DNA from: Sphaerodactylus townsendi | Taxonomy: Eukaryota | Direction: 5' to 3' | Length of the DNA stretch: 64,000 nt | Assembly (NCBI RefSeq): GCF_021028975.2 | Contig: NC_059438.1 | Location: 31,620,001-31,684,000, forward strand | Shown: positions 1-14,160 of the stretch, piece after piece | Layout of the letters: the number at the start of each line of letters is the position of its first letter | Position numbering within the stretch: the stretch's first letter is position 1 | Notes under the pieces: model-generated | What the model was told of the DNA's origin: nothing | Seen by the model: the letters and a program-made list of their open reading frames with translations, nothing else | Databases searched by the model: none | Program-made: the position numbers and the translations under genes

Positions 1-145
1 GCAAGAAGAACAGAATGGAAGTTGAGGGAAGAGAACAGACAGTAATTGACAGAGTGGTACAGAGAGGTGCAGTGAGCAGAGAAAGCCGGAGCAAAGTGCA
101 TTCCAGATTCTCCACTCCTAGTAGTGAACTTCTGTGAAGGTTTTA

Positions 146-373
<228 letters not shown>

Positions 374-518
374 TCAGTCAGAGGATAATTAGTCTTCTAG
401 TCTCTACAAAATAACACTAATTATGACAAATCTTAGGATTTGTGAGACAGTCTCTCTGTAAATCAGTATATTCAGGAAATCAACACTGATTATATTGAAG
501 GCAAGTGAATAGTCAGCA

Positions 519-878
519 CAGTTATCCTTTCCACATAACCAGGGTTGTGGGTGCGGTGTCCCACACGGTCTGGAAATCTGTATAAAAAATTTTGGCCCTC
601 CATTTGTACCAGAGAAGTAGTCTGAATTTTCTTCCTTTTATTTTAACTGTACGAAAGAAATTGTGTAAATTTATGACACTAAAAGATAAAAATATGTTGA
701 TATTATACAACACTCTCCATATATTTTAAGCATTTCTGAGTTTCTAATAATTTTCTGCGTCATCTGGGGGGCCTTCGCATATCTAAGCTTCCACTAACAT
801 TCCCAGTTAATTTCTTATGCTGACCCACAATATATCGAAACTGTGATGGGGAAAGTCATAGTGTGGGAGGGATAACTG
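519..878. mobile_element. Tc1/mariner (pogo/Tigger-like) MITE; homologous copy at ~63240-63982
   Basis: Terminal inverted repeats CAGTTATCC...GGATAACTG followed by TA; internal sequence clearly homologous to 63340-63574. Confidence 0.65.
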
Positions 879-944
879 TATAAGAACATGAGCAGGAAAC
901 TATCTTACCTCAAGCCACTTACTATCCAGCGGTATCATCTTAAG

Positions 945-1079
945 CATAGGTGTCAAACTCACAGCCCTCCAGATGTTATGGACTACAATTCCCATCATCC
1001 CCTGCCAGCATGATGCTGGCAGGGGATGATGGGAACTGTAGTCCATAACATCTGGAGGGCCGTGAGTTTGACACCTGTG
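945..1079. mobile_element. Palindromic hAT (Charlie-like) MITE
   Basis: Near-perfect 135-bp hairpin flanked by 8-bp TSD ATCTTAAG (937-944 and 1080-1087). Confidence 0.88.
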
Positions 1080-1323
1080 ATCTTAAGAATGCTTTCCTGG
1101 CAGTAAGCTCTGAATAGATTTGTAAGCACTACTCCTAAACTGGTTTATTCAATATCCTGATGGTGGTCATCAAGTTACAACTTAGGACAACCTCAAAGTG
1201 TTTTCAAGGCAAGAGACCTTCAGAGCTAGTTGCCAGTGCCTGGCTCTGCATGGCAACCATGGTAGTCTGCCCAAATATTAACCATGGCTGACCCTGTGTA
1301 GTTGCCCAGATCTTGTGAGATTG

Positions 1324-1743
1324 GAGCAGCAGTGGCATAGTGGTTAAGAGCAGGTGTCCTCTAATCTGGAGGAACTGGGTTTGATTCCCCGCTCTGCCGC
1401 TTGAGCTGTGGAGGCTTATCTGGGGAATTCAGATTAGCCTGTACACTCCACCAGCTGGGTGACCTTGGGCTAGTCACAGCTCTACGGAGCTCTCTCAGCC
1501 TCACTTACCTCGTGGGGTGATTGTTGTGAGGAGAGGAAGGGAAAGGAGTTTGTAAGCCCCTTTGAGTCTCTGGCTCATTCCGCACATGCAGAATAATGCA
1601 CTTTCAAACTGCTTTCAGTGCTCTTTGAAGATGTGCAGAATAGCAAAATCCACTTGCAAACAGTTGCGAAAGTGGTTTGAAAACGCATTATTTTGCATGT
1701 GCGGAAGGAGAGAAACGGGGGACATAAAAACTCTTCTTCTTCT
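1324..1743 (+). mobile_element. Squam3-like tRNA/CORE SINE interrupted by a MITE
   Basis: tRNA-like head (AGTGG..TGGTTAAGAG / GGTTTGATTCCC), CORE GCTGGGTGACCTTGGGCTAGTCAC, (CTT)n tail. Confidence 0.85.
1572..1710. mobile_element. Short MITE (possibly Harbinger-type); related copy at 40570-40720
   Basis: Inverted ends TTCCGCACATGCAGAATAATGC...GCATTATTTTGCATGTGCGGAA. Confidence 0.7.
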
Positions 1744-2248
1744 AGCCTGCGCTCTCCAGGTCAGGATATTCTGAATCCTAATGTTCATTCAGTGAAGTTT
1801 ACTCCCAGAGAAGTGTTCCAAGGATGGCACTGGTAATGGTACGTGGTAGAGGGCAAATTATTCCATCAATTTTGGTTGTGAGCTTGCTGAGTGCTTCAAA
1901 ACTGCCTATTTCCAATTAGGTCATTTGTTTGCTTTAATCTGTTTAATCTTGTTCACTAAACTATTATTTATGTCCTTGCAGCTTGCTGTTGCATTGTTTG
2001 TTATCTTCATCCCGTGGAGATAAGACAATTTTTTTTCATTAAATAAACACCAGAAAACACTGAAGTAACTTCTGTGAAATTCGGCTGACCGTGAAAAGGT
2101 CTTTGAGTCCTACTTATACTGATTTACAAGCCATTCTGAAGGACAACAAATTCAAGGAGGAACAATGAAATGATCCAGCACTTGCATATGTTTAAGAAAA
2201 TACGATAAGCAGAACAACATGGGCAGATAGCTGCAGAAGGAAATCTTA

Positions 2249-2500
<252 letters not shown>

Positions 2501-2649
2501 TCACCTTCGTTTTCATGGTTCAGATCTAAATCTGTTTCCCGTCTGCACATTATATCATATTCTTGCTTCTACAGTTTCCTGTTCAATCTGTGTCTTTTAA
2601 AAGGGCTATTAAGGCCGTTTATATTTACTGAGAATAGCTTTAGTGCATT

Positions 2650-2945
2650 CATAAGAACATAAGAACAAGGCAGCTGGATCAGACCAGAGTCCATTTAGTC
2701 CAGCTCTCTGCTACTCTCAGTGACCTACCAGGTGCCTTTGGGAGCTCACATGCAGTTTGTGAAAGCAATGGCCTTCTGCGGCTGTTGCTCCCGAGCATCT
2801 GGACTGTTAAGGCATTTGCAATCTGAGATCAAAGAGGATCAGATTGGTAGCCATAAATCGACTTCTCCTCCATAAATCTGTCCAAGCCCCTTTTAAAGCT
2901 ATCCAGGTTAGTGGCCATCACCACCTCCTGTGGCAGCATATTCCA
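2650..2945 (-). mobile_element. CR1 LINE 3' end
   Basis: Minus strand encodes WNMLPQEVVMATNLDSFKRGLDRFMEEKSI (CR1 ORF2 C-terminus) and ends in (TTCTTATG)n. Confidence 0.85.
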
Positions 2946-3479
2946 TATTCATTTTCTTAAAGCCCAATCCAAAGTGGGGGAATAAAGCAGCAGCCGGGGA
3001 CAGCGCCACCTCCAAAGGGAGTATTGGTGGAATGGGCACCAGAGGAGAGGGAGAAACAGTTTCCTTGGGTAGGCTATTCTCCCAAATGTACACTCCTGGG
3101 AGGGAGTGTTCCTGGGTCAAAGTGCATTGGGAGCCACCTAACGTGAGCTCCACCTCTAGGAACCCCCTCCACGTTTGTGCGAGGATTTGCAGAAGTGGCC
3201 ATCCACCACACAGCCCAGCCTCCAGGTTTGAGTGCTGCAGTGGCTGGTCACCAGGGTAAATTCCATGTCAATTTGCATGGTAGTGGCAGAGGCACAAACA
3301 CCAATGCAATTCTTTTAATACAGCTCCAGCCCCTCCCCCCCCTTAATTACACAGTTAAAGTTAACCAGAGGTCCTTTCTCTTCTTCTTAAGAAAAGAGAG
3401 ACAAATAAGAAAGGATAAGAAAACACCAATCATTGTCCTACTTTATAATTCACTGTCATGGACTCTCTGATTATCAGTA

Positions 3480-4100
3480 TTTCTATCTAACCCTTCAATC
3501 TCGTCTTGGTTTTCATTTAACACATCTGCCTCCATTTTGAGCATTTTCAGCACTTTGACTGATAATAATGGTAGATCCATTGTAATATATCAGTAATTTA
3601 AATTTTAAAAGGAAACATTTTTGTAATCAATTTCTTCCTTTACCAACTTTCTGGTCTGAAATTAAAGTTCTTTTCTTCTTAATGTCAAGGCTGAAACAGC
3701 TTTGGCAGTTCCTGCTTATCCACTTTTAACTCTGGGTTACATATAAATATATCAAGAATATTATTTTTGCTGTTAATTTCTATGAATTTCACTAAGATAT
3801 CTCTAGGGAGGTTTGTTCGTCTTATTTCTTAGTTCTCCTATTTACTTTGAAGGCCACATCTATCTTGACTTCAGTTTGGGAGTTTGATTCAAGACCGCCT
3901 TTGAACCAATCTGTTAAGAAAGTTTTCAAATCAGATCCCTCCATCTTTCCTTCAATCCCCATATTTTAAAATTAATTTTCAGGTATTTTCATTCCCAACC
4001 ATATTTTCTCAGAAATTTTCATTTTCACCTTGGGTAGTGAAAGCATTTTCCAAACACTATCTTTTCAATAATTTTTCTGTGTTGTCCTTTAATTCTCCTA
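3480..4100 (-). mobile_element. Degenerate L1 ORF1 fragment
   Basis: Minus strand shows frameshifted NFKIWGLKE..EGSDLKTFL, LPRDILVKFI and RRKEL motifs typical of L1 ORF1. Confidence 0.6.
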
Positions 4101-4877
4101 TTTTTATATTTGTACTGTTTAAACTATTCTCTCCTTTTTTTTGCAATTTGCCCTCTCTGAGAATTTTTGATCTATTTCCAATTCCTCCCTACTTTCAAAA
4201 ATATACATATCGTAATATTAGCCGACCATGACGTTTAACATCCTTGTATTCTATAGAAAAATTCCATTTTTCTCTACATTCAATAGGAGCCTCAAAGCTG
4301 TTTTTGACTAATTATAATATATTCCTCATGACTGCTTACCTATTTTAAATAAAAGGTTATGTATCACTTCCTTAAAGCAAATTTGAATATAACTGCTAAC
4401 TCAGTAATCCTTCGAGTCCTAATCTAACAACAAATTGCAAACTGGAATGTCTAAGATATCTGTGTCTGGTAAGGGATAGGGAGAACTAATCCATACATTA
4501 TGTAGAGAAGAAATTTTAAACAATGAAAAGCAGACTAAAGAAGCTTAGACTCTTGACAACATTTGTTTCCCTTTGCACAAAGAATTTTTTTTAAATGTAC
4601 TTTATCACAAAAGTGGAAATGACTATTTGGCAAGGGATGGAAAGTCTCCAGTTTTAAAAACAAAGTAAACAGTTATATAGGAAGAAGGGGTGGAAAATAG
4701 GTATGTCTGTTCAAATCTTTACAAGAGGAATGGTTGTTGAGACAATATTTCTAGAGTACTAGAGCTCAGAAGGTAAACAATCTTTTAAAACTATTTTTAT
4801 TATAGGTCTTACACTGTTCTTATGGCATATCTGAATTTTGAAATCCACTTGAATCTCAGTGAGAAAACTGGACTATA

Positions 4878-5200
4878 AAGAAGAAGAAGAAGAAGAAGAA
4901 GAGAAGGAGGAGTTTGGATTTATATCCCCCCTTTCTCTCCTGTAGGAGACTCAAAGGGGCTTACAAACTCCTTTCTCTTCCCCCCTCATAAAAAACACCC
5001 TGTGAGGTGGGTGGGGCAGAGAGAGCTCCGAAAAGCTGTGACTAGCCCAAGGTCACCCAGCTGGCGTGTGTGGGAGTGTACAGGCTAATCTGAATTCCCC
5101 AGATAAGCCTCCACAGCTCAGGCGGCAGAGCGGAGAATCAAACCTGGTTCCTCCAGATTAGTTACACGAGCTCTTAAACCTCCTATGCCACTGCTGCTCC
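4878..5200 (-). mobile_element. Squam3-like SINE, full length
   Basis: Reverse-complement copy of the same SINE consensus with (CTT)n tail. Confidence 0.9.
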
Positions 5201-5274
5201 ATAAAATAAGTAAACAGACAGACAGACAGACAAACAAAAGCTTCCAGTCATATTTCCTACACAATAAGGACTTA

Positions 5275-5478
<204 letters not shown>

Positions 5479-6385
5479 CTAGCCAAACCACCACCTTGTT
5501 CTTTACACTCAAAAACTCAAAGCCAGAAGTCCTTGACTTTGTTGAGCTGGTCTGTCCCTGAGAATAGGTAACTGGGACAAATCAAAATGAACGCCATGGG
5601 GCAAGATCCTTTAAATCAGGGGACAGGAACCCTTTTTCTGTCGAGGGCCATTGGGTTATTTATAACATCATTCACGGGCCATTCAACATGATCAACTGAA
5701 AAATTAGCCTGCTATATTTGGCCAAACATTTCATTAACTCACCCCTAATGGGATGGCTGGAACTGTTTCTCTTTGGTGTGGCGTGTGATGTTAGCTGGTA
5801 TTGATGATGCGGCTACTTGCAACTGCTTTTCCAGACCAAATGATTTCATGGGCCTTATACTGCCCGCAGACCAGACATTCCCCACCCCCACTTTAAATAA
5901 ATGGCTGCCGTGAGAGATCAGCTGCTTGCTTTGGGTAGGAGAGGCAACAAAACAGCGGAATGTGGGGGTCACTTTCTCACATGCTCACCCTTCTCCCCCT
6001 CTGCTGAATAATTACAGTCACTGAACTGCATGCAGCTGCCTGCAGAGGAGCAGGATTGAGTTGCTCCCCATGGAAGTGTTGCGACTACTGGCAGTCGCAA
6101 CAGTACTGCTAAGTGTTGAGTGGAAAGTGGATTGAAAGTGCATTATTCTGCATGTGCGGAAGGAGCCTGTGATGGGCTAAAGTTCTCTCAGCAGGCCGAT
6201 TGTGGAGGAGTGGGAAATTGAACCCAATTTTCCAGATTACAGTCCACTGCTCCTAACCGCTTAACTACTACTCCACATCACATTAAGTGGGTGACTTTGG
6301 GCAATTCCCTCTTAGCCTAGGCTACCAAACAGGGTCATTGTGAGAACACAGGGGAGGGGGACATGTACACCAGCTTGAGTTTCTT

Positions 6386-6702
6386 GCAGCAGTGGTGCAG
6401 TGGTTAAGAGCAGGTGTACTTTAATCTGGAGGAACCAGGTTTAATTCCCCGCTCTGCCGCTTGAGCTGTGGAGGCTTATCTGGGGAATTCAGATTAGCCT
6501 GTGCACTCCAACACACGCCAGCTGGGTGACCTTGGGCTAGTCAGAGCTCTACGGAGCTCTTTCAGCCCCACCAACCTCACAGGATGTTTGTTGTGAGGGG
6601 GGAAAGGAAAGGAGTTTGTAAGCCCCTTTGAGTCTCCTACAGGAGAGAAGGGAGATATAAATCCAACTCTTTTCCTCCTCCTCCTCCTCCTCCTCCTCCT
6701 CC
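6386..6702 (+). mobile_element. Squam3-like SINE, full length
   Basis: Same consensus, (CCT)n tail. Confidence 0.9.
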
Positions 6703-7579
6703 TTGAGAGGAACAGTGAAATAAGAATGTCCAGACAGAATCTCAAAAGCTTGGGGGCTCATCGACAGAAGCAGAGAGAAGAAGGAAGTGGCAAATTCTGA
6801 GCTCACTCACTTCAGACTTGAGAAGGAGTGTCAACTTTTTAAAGCTTTCTGCGATGTAGTAAACAAGTATATCAGGTTTACAGCCTTTAGTTACAGGAGT
6901 GCAAATCCAGAGCTCAAAATTCTGGCTTAGCCATGTAAGGCAAGGAGTGGAATTAAAGGCAGGCAAGGAAGCCCAAGAAGCATTGACAAGAAAGGTATCT
7001 CACAGTAAAATGCTTTGGTTGCTTCTGGGGCTGAAACAGGCACAAATAACAGGCTGAGCCTTTCCATGGATTCTACCCAAGAAACAAGGCAAGAGAACCA
7101 TCGATAACAGCTGCTGCTTGCTTCCCTGCAACTCACCAGAACCTATAAGGGTGACTACAGAGGAAAGACTTTGGGATGAGCAGTTGATCAGTAGGAAAGC
7201 ATCTGCCTGGAACACAGGAAACGCAAAGTTCTATTCCCAGAAGTTACCTCAGGTCTTCCCTTCTATACTATTTTCAGACAGGAACTCTGGCAAAGATAAC
7301 TGAAGTTTCATAAAACATCTGAGTTTTGAAACATTTGGGGGATACGTGCACATGTCTCACTATCTTTTCTTGCCCATCCAGTCCAAAGACAAGTTCCGAA
7401 CCACCGCAAGTTTCCAGTCATGCATTGTGAATATTGGTGGGTCCTGATACAAGAATCGCACGACTGATTTTTCTTCTCTTGCTCTTTTTGTGCCAAATTT
7501 TCTCGACCATATCTTACATTTCACACCACAAGAAACCAAAACTTCCACGTCAGTTGACTTCACCACATCCTAAGAGTTA

Positions 7580-7693
<114 letters not shown>

Positions 7694-7770
7694 TTAAGAA
7701 TCTAGGCAGAAAATGCATTTTTAGTTTTCAGTACGTGCAGCAACCAAAGGAAACATTCATAAGAACACTT

Positions 7771-8131
7771 CCCTGACTCACCAACTCTTGCACTGCACCA
7801 GATTTGATAACATCAGATCTAAATATACCAACCTACATTTTTTCTTCCAATCTGGGCTGCCTGATCTGACAAGGTTATCTCTATTGTTAAACAACTCAGA
7901 CACCGGTCTTTGTGAAAAGATCGCCAATTTCACTGCGGAGATAGCTGAGAGTTCCCAGTAGAAAGTATTTGTTGTGCTCCATGTGGGGCCTTTTATCTAT
8001 CATGTATCCATGCAATTGTTCCCAATTCATGTAACTTTTTTCTGACTATGCCAATAAAGGCTTATGTATGTATGTATGTATGTATGTATGTATGTATGTA
8101 TGTATGTATGTATGTATGTATGTATGTATGT
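7771..8131 (+). mobile_element. 5'-truncated non-LTR retrotransposon (RTEX-like) with (TATG)n tail
   Basis: Encodes LTHQLLHCTRFDNIR...CEKIANF* (zinc-knuckle C-terminus), AATAAA, (TATG)n; flanked by TSD AGAACACTT (7762-7770 and 8132-8140). Confidence 0.7.
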
Positions 8132-9362
8132 AGAACACTTTTCTTCTATTAAAATATTATATTACTGACAGACTTAAATTCTGCTTGTACAATCACTAGA
8201 CTGCATTAGAATGTGGAATGGTAAAATATTGCCCGATCCTGTCAGATTTCAGAAGCTAAGCAAGGCTGTGGGACCACCAAGGAAGACAATAGTCCCTTCT
8301 GTGCATGTAACACAAAAGGGTTAATAAACCTGAGTTGCTTGTGTCGTTGTTTGCACGATGGGTGCAGGAGTCGTACGAGATCACTGGGATCCTGGCGTAA
8401 GGATGCGGCATCGTTCGGACAGGAAACGCTGTGTTTCTCTGTGAACTGCATATCCGAGAATCCCCCCCCCCACTTGACCATCCCCCCACACACTTATTGG
8501 CACAAAATGGCGGCTGCTTAGAGAATTTACTCTAATGGCAGCCGCCAGGAGAATCCACCATAATAGTGGATGGGAAGGGGGAAAATAGAACATTTCCTGC
8601 TTGCCGAAGTATGAACAGGCAAGCAGGAAGCATATGAAACCTTCGTTAAAGGGGGAAAGTCACTAATTTAGCAACATTCAGCAGGTTCGCACCACTTTGG
8701 CAGAAACGGTTGTTTAAATGATGCTTGTAAACAACCAGTTGTTGAATCCCACAACTGCTTTGAATGCCCCTTGCTGGGGCTGCCGTAAGTTAGTTGTAAC
8801 TTGACAGCACATATATACGTAGCATGGATTAATTAAGTATGCCAACCTTTGGATTGTGTTCACAGGGTCATTTCAGATTCATCTAAAGAATTACCAGCTA
8901 CTTAATGCTTATTCTATTGTGGTTAAAGTAAGGAAATTTCTTCACTTTCTATGGCTGCTCACAGAAGAATTTCCTTAAATATCCTCCTTAGACATTTTAG
9001 TTTCAAGGAAAAACAGATGCTACAACATAAAGGAAACTACAAAAGTATCACTTCAGACTCTGGGCTGGAAACTCACGGAAACACCGTACAAGAGAAAAGA
9101 ACTACAATAAATAATATAAAAGTGGCCCAATTCTATTTTAGGTTCATGTATTTATCATGCTGTAGTTCAAAATGGGATGGTTAGGCATGTGAATGTCACA
9201 TGAATGAGAGGAACATATTTTCTTAGGTTCCCTCTCCCTTTATGAGGAGAAAGAGGCAGTCACAGAAGACAATTCACTGGAACGGCATACAAACTGCTGT
9301 ATTAACTTTTTAAAGCCTGTATTAACTTTTTAAATACTTATTAACTTCTCTAATAATCTCTA

Positions 9363-9491
<129 letters not shown>

Positions 9492-10189
9492 TCAGAGGTA
9501 GAGAAACAGAAGGTCAGCTGAAATGTTGACGCAGGGAGGTGGATGCATGGATCTGGGTTTAAAACGGAAATGTGGTAGAAACGAAAACATACAAACATAC
9601 AAACAGTGTACAAAATGGGTTATGCATAATATAGCACCGTTGCTTTCGTTGCCTTTGAACCTTGTGTAAACGTACCCTCAGAGAGCCCATGCAAATTCTA
9701 CTGTTACTTCTGCAAGCCCATGAGGATTTCTCCATAACGTGAAGACGTGCCAGGAAGCTGCAGGCAATCCCAGCTCTCTGGCGTCTGCATATTTTGAGTG
9801 ATACTCCAGCCAGACATATGTTTTTGTTGCATACAACGATTACAAAGGGATGCCACGTGTCCCCTTAAAACAGAGCCATTTTACCAAAGCACAGTTCCCA
9901 AGAAAAATGTCAGCTTCAGAGAAAGAGACAGCCCTATCCATGTCTATTCAGAAGCAGAGTCCACGGTATCCTACCACCATCAGAGATAACATTTGATAAG
10001 TAATGTCTGTTATGCTTTCAGCTCAATAGCTTCCATAAAACTTCCTTTTCCAAGGATGCCAAGGTGTGATATGATACCCAGTACACCCTGTACCCACTGA
10101 AGGATGCTGAGCATCGTGTGCAGAAAGAGAGGCAGCAACCCCAGATCCTGAAAGATATGTTTCCCGCCTTACTTTTATTTTAACATGTA

Positions 10190-10483
10190 GAATAATAATA
10201 ATAATAATTTGGATTTATATCCCTTGTTTCTCTCCTGTAAGGAGATTCAAAGGGGCTTACAATCTCCTTTCCCTCCCCCCTCACAACAAACACCCTGTGA
10301 GGTAGGTGGGGCTGAGAGAGCTCCAAAGAACAGTGACTAGCCCAAGGTCACCCAGCTGGCGCGTGTTGGAGTGCACAGAATCTAGTTCACCGGATAAACT
10401 TCCACAGCTCAGGCAGCAGGGAATCAAACCTGGTTCTCCATATTAGAGTGCACCTGCTCTTAACCACTACACCACCATGGCTC
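10190..10483 (-). mobile_element. Squam3-like SINE
   Basis: Same consensus, reverse orientation. Confidence 0.85.
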
Positions 10484-11145
10484 TCTGACGACTTCTGGGT
10501 AAATCCAAAAATTTCACAACATGGCTGGTCCTAATTAAAAAAGTATTACATAAACCCAGGTGTTGGATTTTACTACCCTTAATGGTACCGCAAATCCATT
10601 GTCGGAGGCAACCACTTACGGTCAGCACTGAATGTCTTCTGCCACTTGGACTGATATTTTTTTTTTTACAAAACTAAGCTTTAAAGAGGTTCTTTCTATG
10701 CAGGGACAGACTGGCCATTAAGGCTACCAAAGACAATGCTGGTGGTGGGCTGATGCCTGGGGAGGGATCATCTCCCACCACGACCACCTGACCCAAAGAG
10801 AAAGGTGCCCACAAGCCCGTGCCATGAACCAGAAGCAAGCTCAGACTCACTGGGTCCTACCACACCCAGCAAAGGTTTGTACCAATCACACCCTGCCCAG
10901 CTGCACAGCTTGGCCTGGGAGGCTCTCCCTCCTATACTTTTTTTTTTGGGGGGGGGGGGGGCTTTTCCTGTCATCTCCCAGCTGCCCTTGCTTCAATGGC
11001 AAAACCAACCACTACTCCATGCAACCCAAGAATTAAAGGAGGCTTTTCAATCCTGGGTAGTTATTCCAATGGGTTTAGATTACAGCGGTGGTCTAAAACA
11101 GGCTTTTCAATCCTGTGCAGTTATTCCAGTGGGCTTGGACTAGAG

Positions 11146-11423
11146 AGGTGGTTAGCAACCCCTTTTCACTTGTGTACCCCCTGGCAAGCCATTTCCCTAA
11201 AATCGTACCCCCATATTAGCAAACCCATTTGTGGTTAACTGGGGACAGCAACCAGCTCACAGCGATGGACCCGGTTGCTCTCAAGGATGGCTAAACTTCC
11301 CCAGCTCACCCTTGATTCCTTCATTATATATTAGCAAACCCATGATGCAATTTTTTTCGCATAGCCCCAAAAGCTCTGGTGCATAACCCTGGGGGTAGGC
11401 GTACCCCAGATTGGGAACCACTG
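11146..11423. mobile_element. hAT non-autonomous element
   Basis: 8-bp TSD GACTAGAG on both sides; GTGGTT..AACCACTG termini. Confidence 0.7.
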
Positions 11424-12279
11424 GACTAGAGTAACCTCTGTACAGGACTGCATTTTAATCGCTCTGCAATGCCTAGTTAACACTGCTGGGGGTTGATTCA
11501 GGAGCTTCTATCCCAAAACTGGTTCCAAAGTCCTTCAGAGAAATTCCATTACCTTTTAGCCACAAATAACTGTCCTCTCTCCCAGTAGGCTCTCATGCGT
11601 TGCTTTATTGCAGTAGGTTTTGAACTTTATCCCTTTTAAAATATGAGTTAGTACAGTGAGCTGGAGATTTGCACACAGGGGAAAGTTCACCCTGAAGTCA
11701 CCCCTAGAACGAATGTTAAGTCCATGAATCTCATGCTGGCTCTCATAAGCATACGAAGGGAGTGATTGATTGTAAGCTGATTTGGGATTCTTTATGGTAG
11801 AGAAAGACAGGATGTAATAACCTACTCCTCTTGAGTGCTTGTCCTGCATACACACACATCATGTTTTAGAAAGTTTTACTGATTATTAACTGGATGGAGC
11901 TTATGTAATTTGTTATTGTGGTTTTGTATAATTTGCTCCTCTATTCAGCATTGTATGAATTTTATGTTGTACACCGCCCGGAGCCCCTCGGGGAAGGGGC
12001 GGTAAAGAAATCGAAGTAATAAATAAATAAAATAAATAACACCGTTTCTGAAAGCAAGCCTGGCCTGTTTGTCCCGGCAGATTTCACTCCCGCCCAGCTG
12101 AAGAAACCAGGTTCAGAGCAGTGGCAAACTAATCTGGAGACCCGGGTTCGATTCCCCACTCCTCCACGTGAAGCCTGCTGGAAGACCTCGGGCCAGCCAC
12201 AGTACTCTCAGGACAGTCTCAGCCCAGGCAACGGCAAACGACCTCTGAACACCTCTTCCCTTGAAAACCCAACCTAACT

Positions 12280-13030
12280 CGCCATAAACCAGCCGGGATC
12301 CGACGAGGCGATAAACTCACTGGGCGCGCTCCTTGGAGAGGGAACACGCTGCGCTTTCGGAAGAATTGCAAGGCTAGCGGGAAAGCTTGCAAGGGGGAAA
12401 CACCCGTGACCCCAGGAAAGCCGGCTGGGAGGGGAAAGGCAGCAGATCCAGAGAGCGCCCCACCCCCCAAAAAACCCCGTTCGCAGCAAACACAGCCGGC
12501 TTGCAAGCAAGAGACCTGCTCGGGGAGGCCTCGATGGAGAAGAGAGGCGCCCCAGCGCGCATGCCCTCCCAGGCCACCCGAGGGATCCAGCCGCTCTCCG
12601 GCAACGTCCAGCTTTGCTTTCCTTCCCCGAGCAACAGCCCGCAGCTGGACCGCGGAGCCAGAGGCCCCCCTGCAAGCCCCGCGCCCGATCCCGAGCTTGC
12701 AACGCGTCCTGCGCGGCGCCCCATGGCCAGCTGCGCCCCTCGCCGCGCCCGGTTGCAGCCCCCCCGACCGGCGTCACCTTGCAGTCTCTCCAGGGCGCCA
12801 TGCTGGCTCGGCTGGGTCCGGGCACCGTTTGCAAAGATCCCGGCCAGCGACCTGCCCTCTCGCCCCCGGAAGAGGGAGACGCCTCCTGCCCGCCCAGCCA
12901 GAAGCGCCGAGGCCAGGAGGGCGTGGTCGGGCAAGTCCCCAGGAGTCCCGCGGGCCCCGCCGTTGCGCCGCGTCCATCCCTTTCCGCGACAGGGCATTCT
13001 CCACTGTCCACTCGCAGCGCGGTGTCATCT
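12280..13030. promoter_or_regulatory. CpG island / TTC38 promoter, divergent from PKDREJ-like copy 1
   Basis: Very GC- and CpG-rich stretch in an otherwise CpG-poor window, spanning TTC38 exon 1. Confidence 0.8.
12778..12801 (-). CDS. TTC38: TTC38 coding exon 1 (start codon)
   Basis: ATG GCG CCC TGG AGA GAC TGC AAG/GTGACG = MAPWRDCK, in good Kozak context (agcATGG) inside a CpG island; joins exon 2 in frame; human has ...LRDCQ|AW. Confidence 0.85.
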
Positions 13031-13309
13031 TGGGAGATGAAACGACAACTGCAAAGGCCCCGTTTGATTCTTTCAAGGACGTGGATGTCTCATCTTTTCT
13101 CAGAATAAGCAACAGCCCTCTTTCCTGTAAACATCCTTTGTATTCTGCGACGTGAAACATCCTTTGTATTCAGAAATGAAGAAGGGGATTAAAGTGATGC
13201 ATTTCTCGAGAAAGATGGAAGGACAATAGGACATCTTTGGGGAGACCAAAGGTGGATGCCATAACAATGGGGGTTTGGGATTTTGGAAGATTTTGGATTG
13301 ACATCCAAC

Positions 13310-13540
13310 CTTTCTCAAGCTCCTTTCCCTTTGTCTCACCACATCAGACGCCTTGTGAGGTAGGAAGGCCTGAGAGAGCTCCGAAGAACTGTGACAAGCC
13401 CAAGGTCACCCAGCAGGAATGTAGGAGTGCGGAAACACATCTGGCTCACCAGATAAGCCTCTGCCACTCAGGTGGAGGAGTGGGGAATCAAACCCGGTTC
13501 TCCAGATTAAAATCCACCTGCTCTTAACCACTACACCACA
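13310..13540 (-). mobile_element. Squam3-like SINE (other subfamily)
   Basis: CORE and tRNA-like head recognisable. Confidence 0.75.
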
Positions 13541-13773
13541 CAGGATAAAAATAAGAGGGACACCCAGAGGCAACTGTGTTGTTTAGCATTTATTTGACCT
13601 CTGCCGAGGAAGGGAGCTCTGACTTCGAAAGCTCATAAAAGATAATAGTGTTTCGGCAGGTCCTGGACTTCTGCTTTGTTTTGCTACGACAGACTGACTG
13701 AGCTATCTCTCTGCAGTAATAGTAACGGGACACTCAGCCCCCAACAGCATCTGCACCATAACTGGAACTAGAA

Positions 13774-14160
13774 CAGGGGTCAGCAACCTTTAACACCCAA
13801 AGAGCCATTTGGACCCTTTTTCCACGGAAAAGAAAACCCTTGGAGCCGCAAATACTTTTTGACATTTAAAATGAAGATAACACTGTATATATTGTTTTTT
13901 TTTTACCTTTACGCTTTGTATAAACAATTATAGTGTGTTATGAAATCCATGAAGTGCTACATCACCGTCATCAGCCAACCAGGCAGCTGGGACAGGAAAG
14001 CCAGGAGTGTCTTGGGATAGCTGTCTCGGGCTTCGCCTCTCTAAGAACAGGGACTCTTTCCCATTAACCCTTAGGGTGACTCTCCGAAGGAGGCTGAGAG
14101 GACCCAAGCCACGCAGAGCCGCAGTACAAGGACAAAAGAGCCGCAGGTTGCAGACCCCTG
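13774..14160. mobile_element. hAT (Charlie-like) non-autonomous transposon
   Basis: TIRs CAGGGGTCAGCAACC / GGTTGCAGACCCCTG; 8-bp TSD AACTAGAA. Confidence 0.88.

Noticed and set aside
6386-6460. tRNA genes at SINE heads
   Set aside because: A/B-box-like heads belong to the repeated SINE family; no cloverleaf.
11041-11152. Diverged 60-bp local duplication
   Set aside because: Small tandem duplication next to a hAT insertion; no functional signal.
12274-13160. Several overlapping 130-250-aa ORFs
   Set aside because: Stop-poor CpG island; only the 8-codon TTC38 exon 1 is supported.
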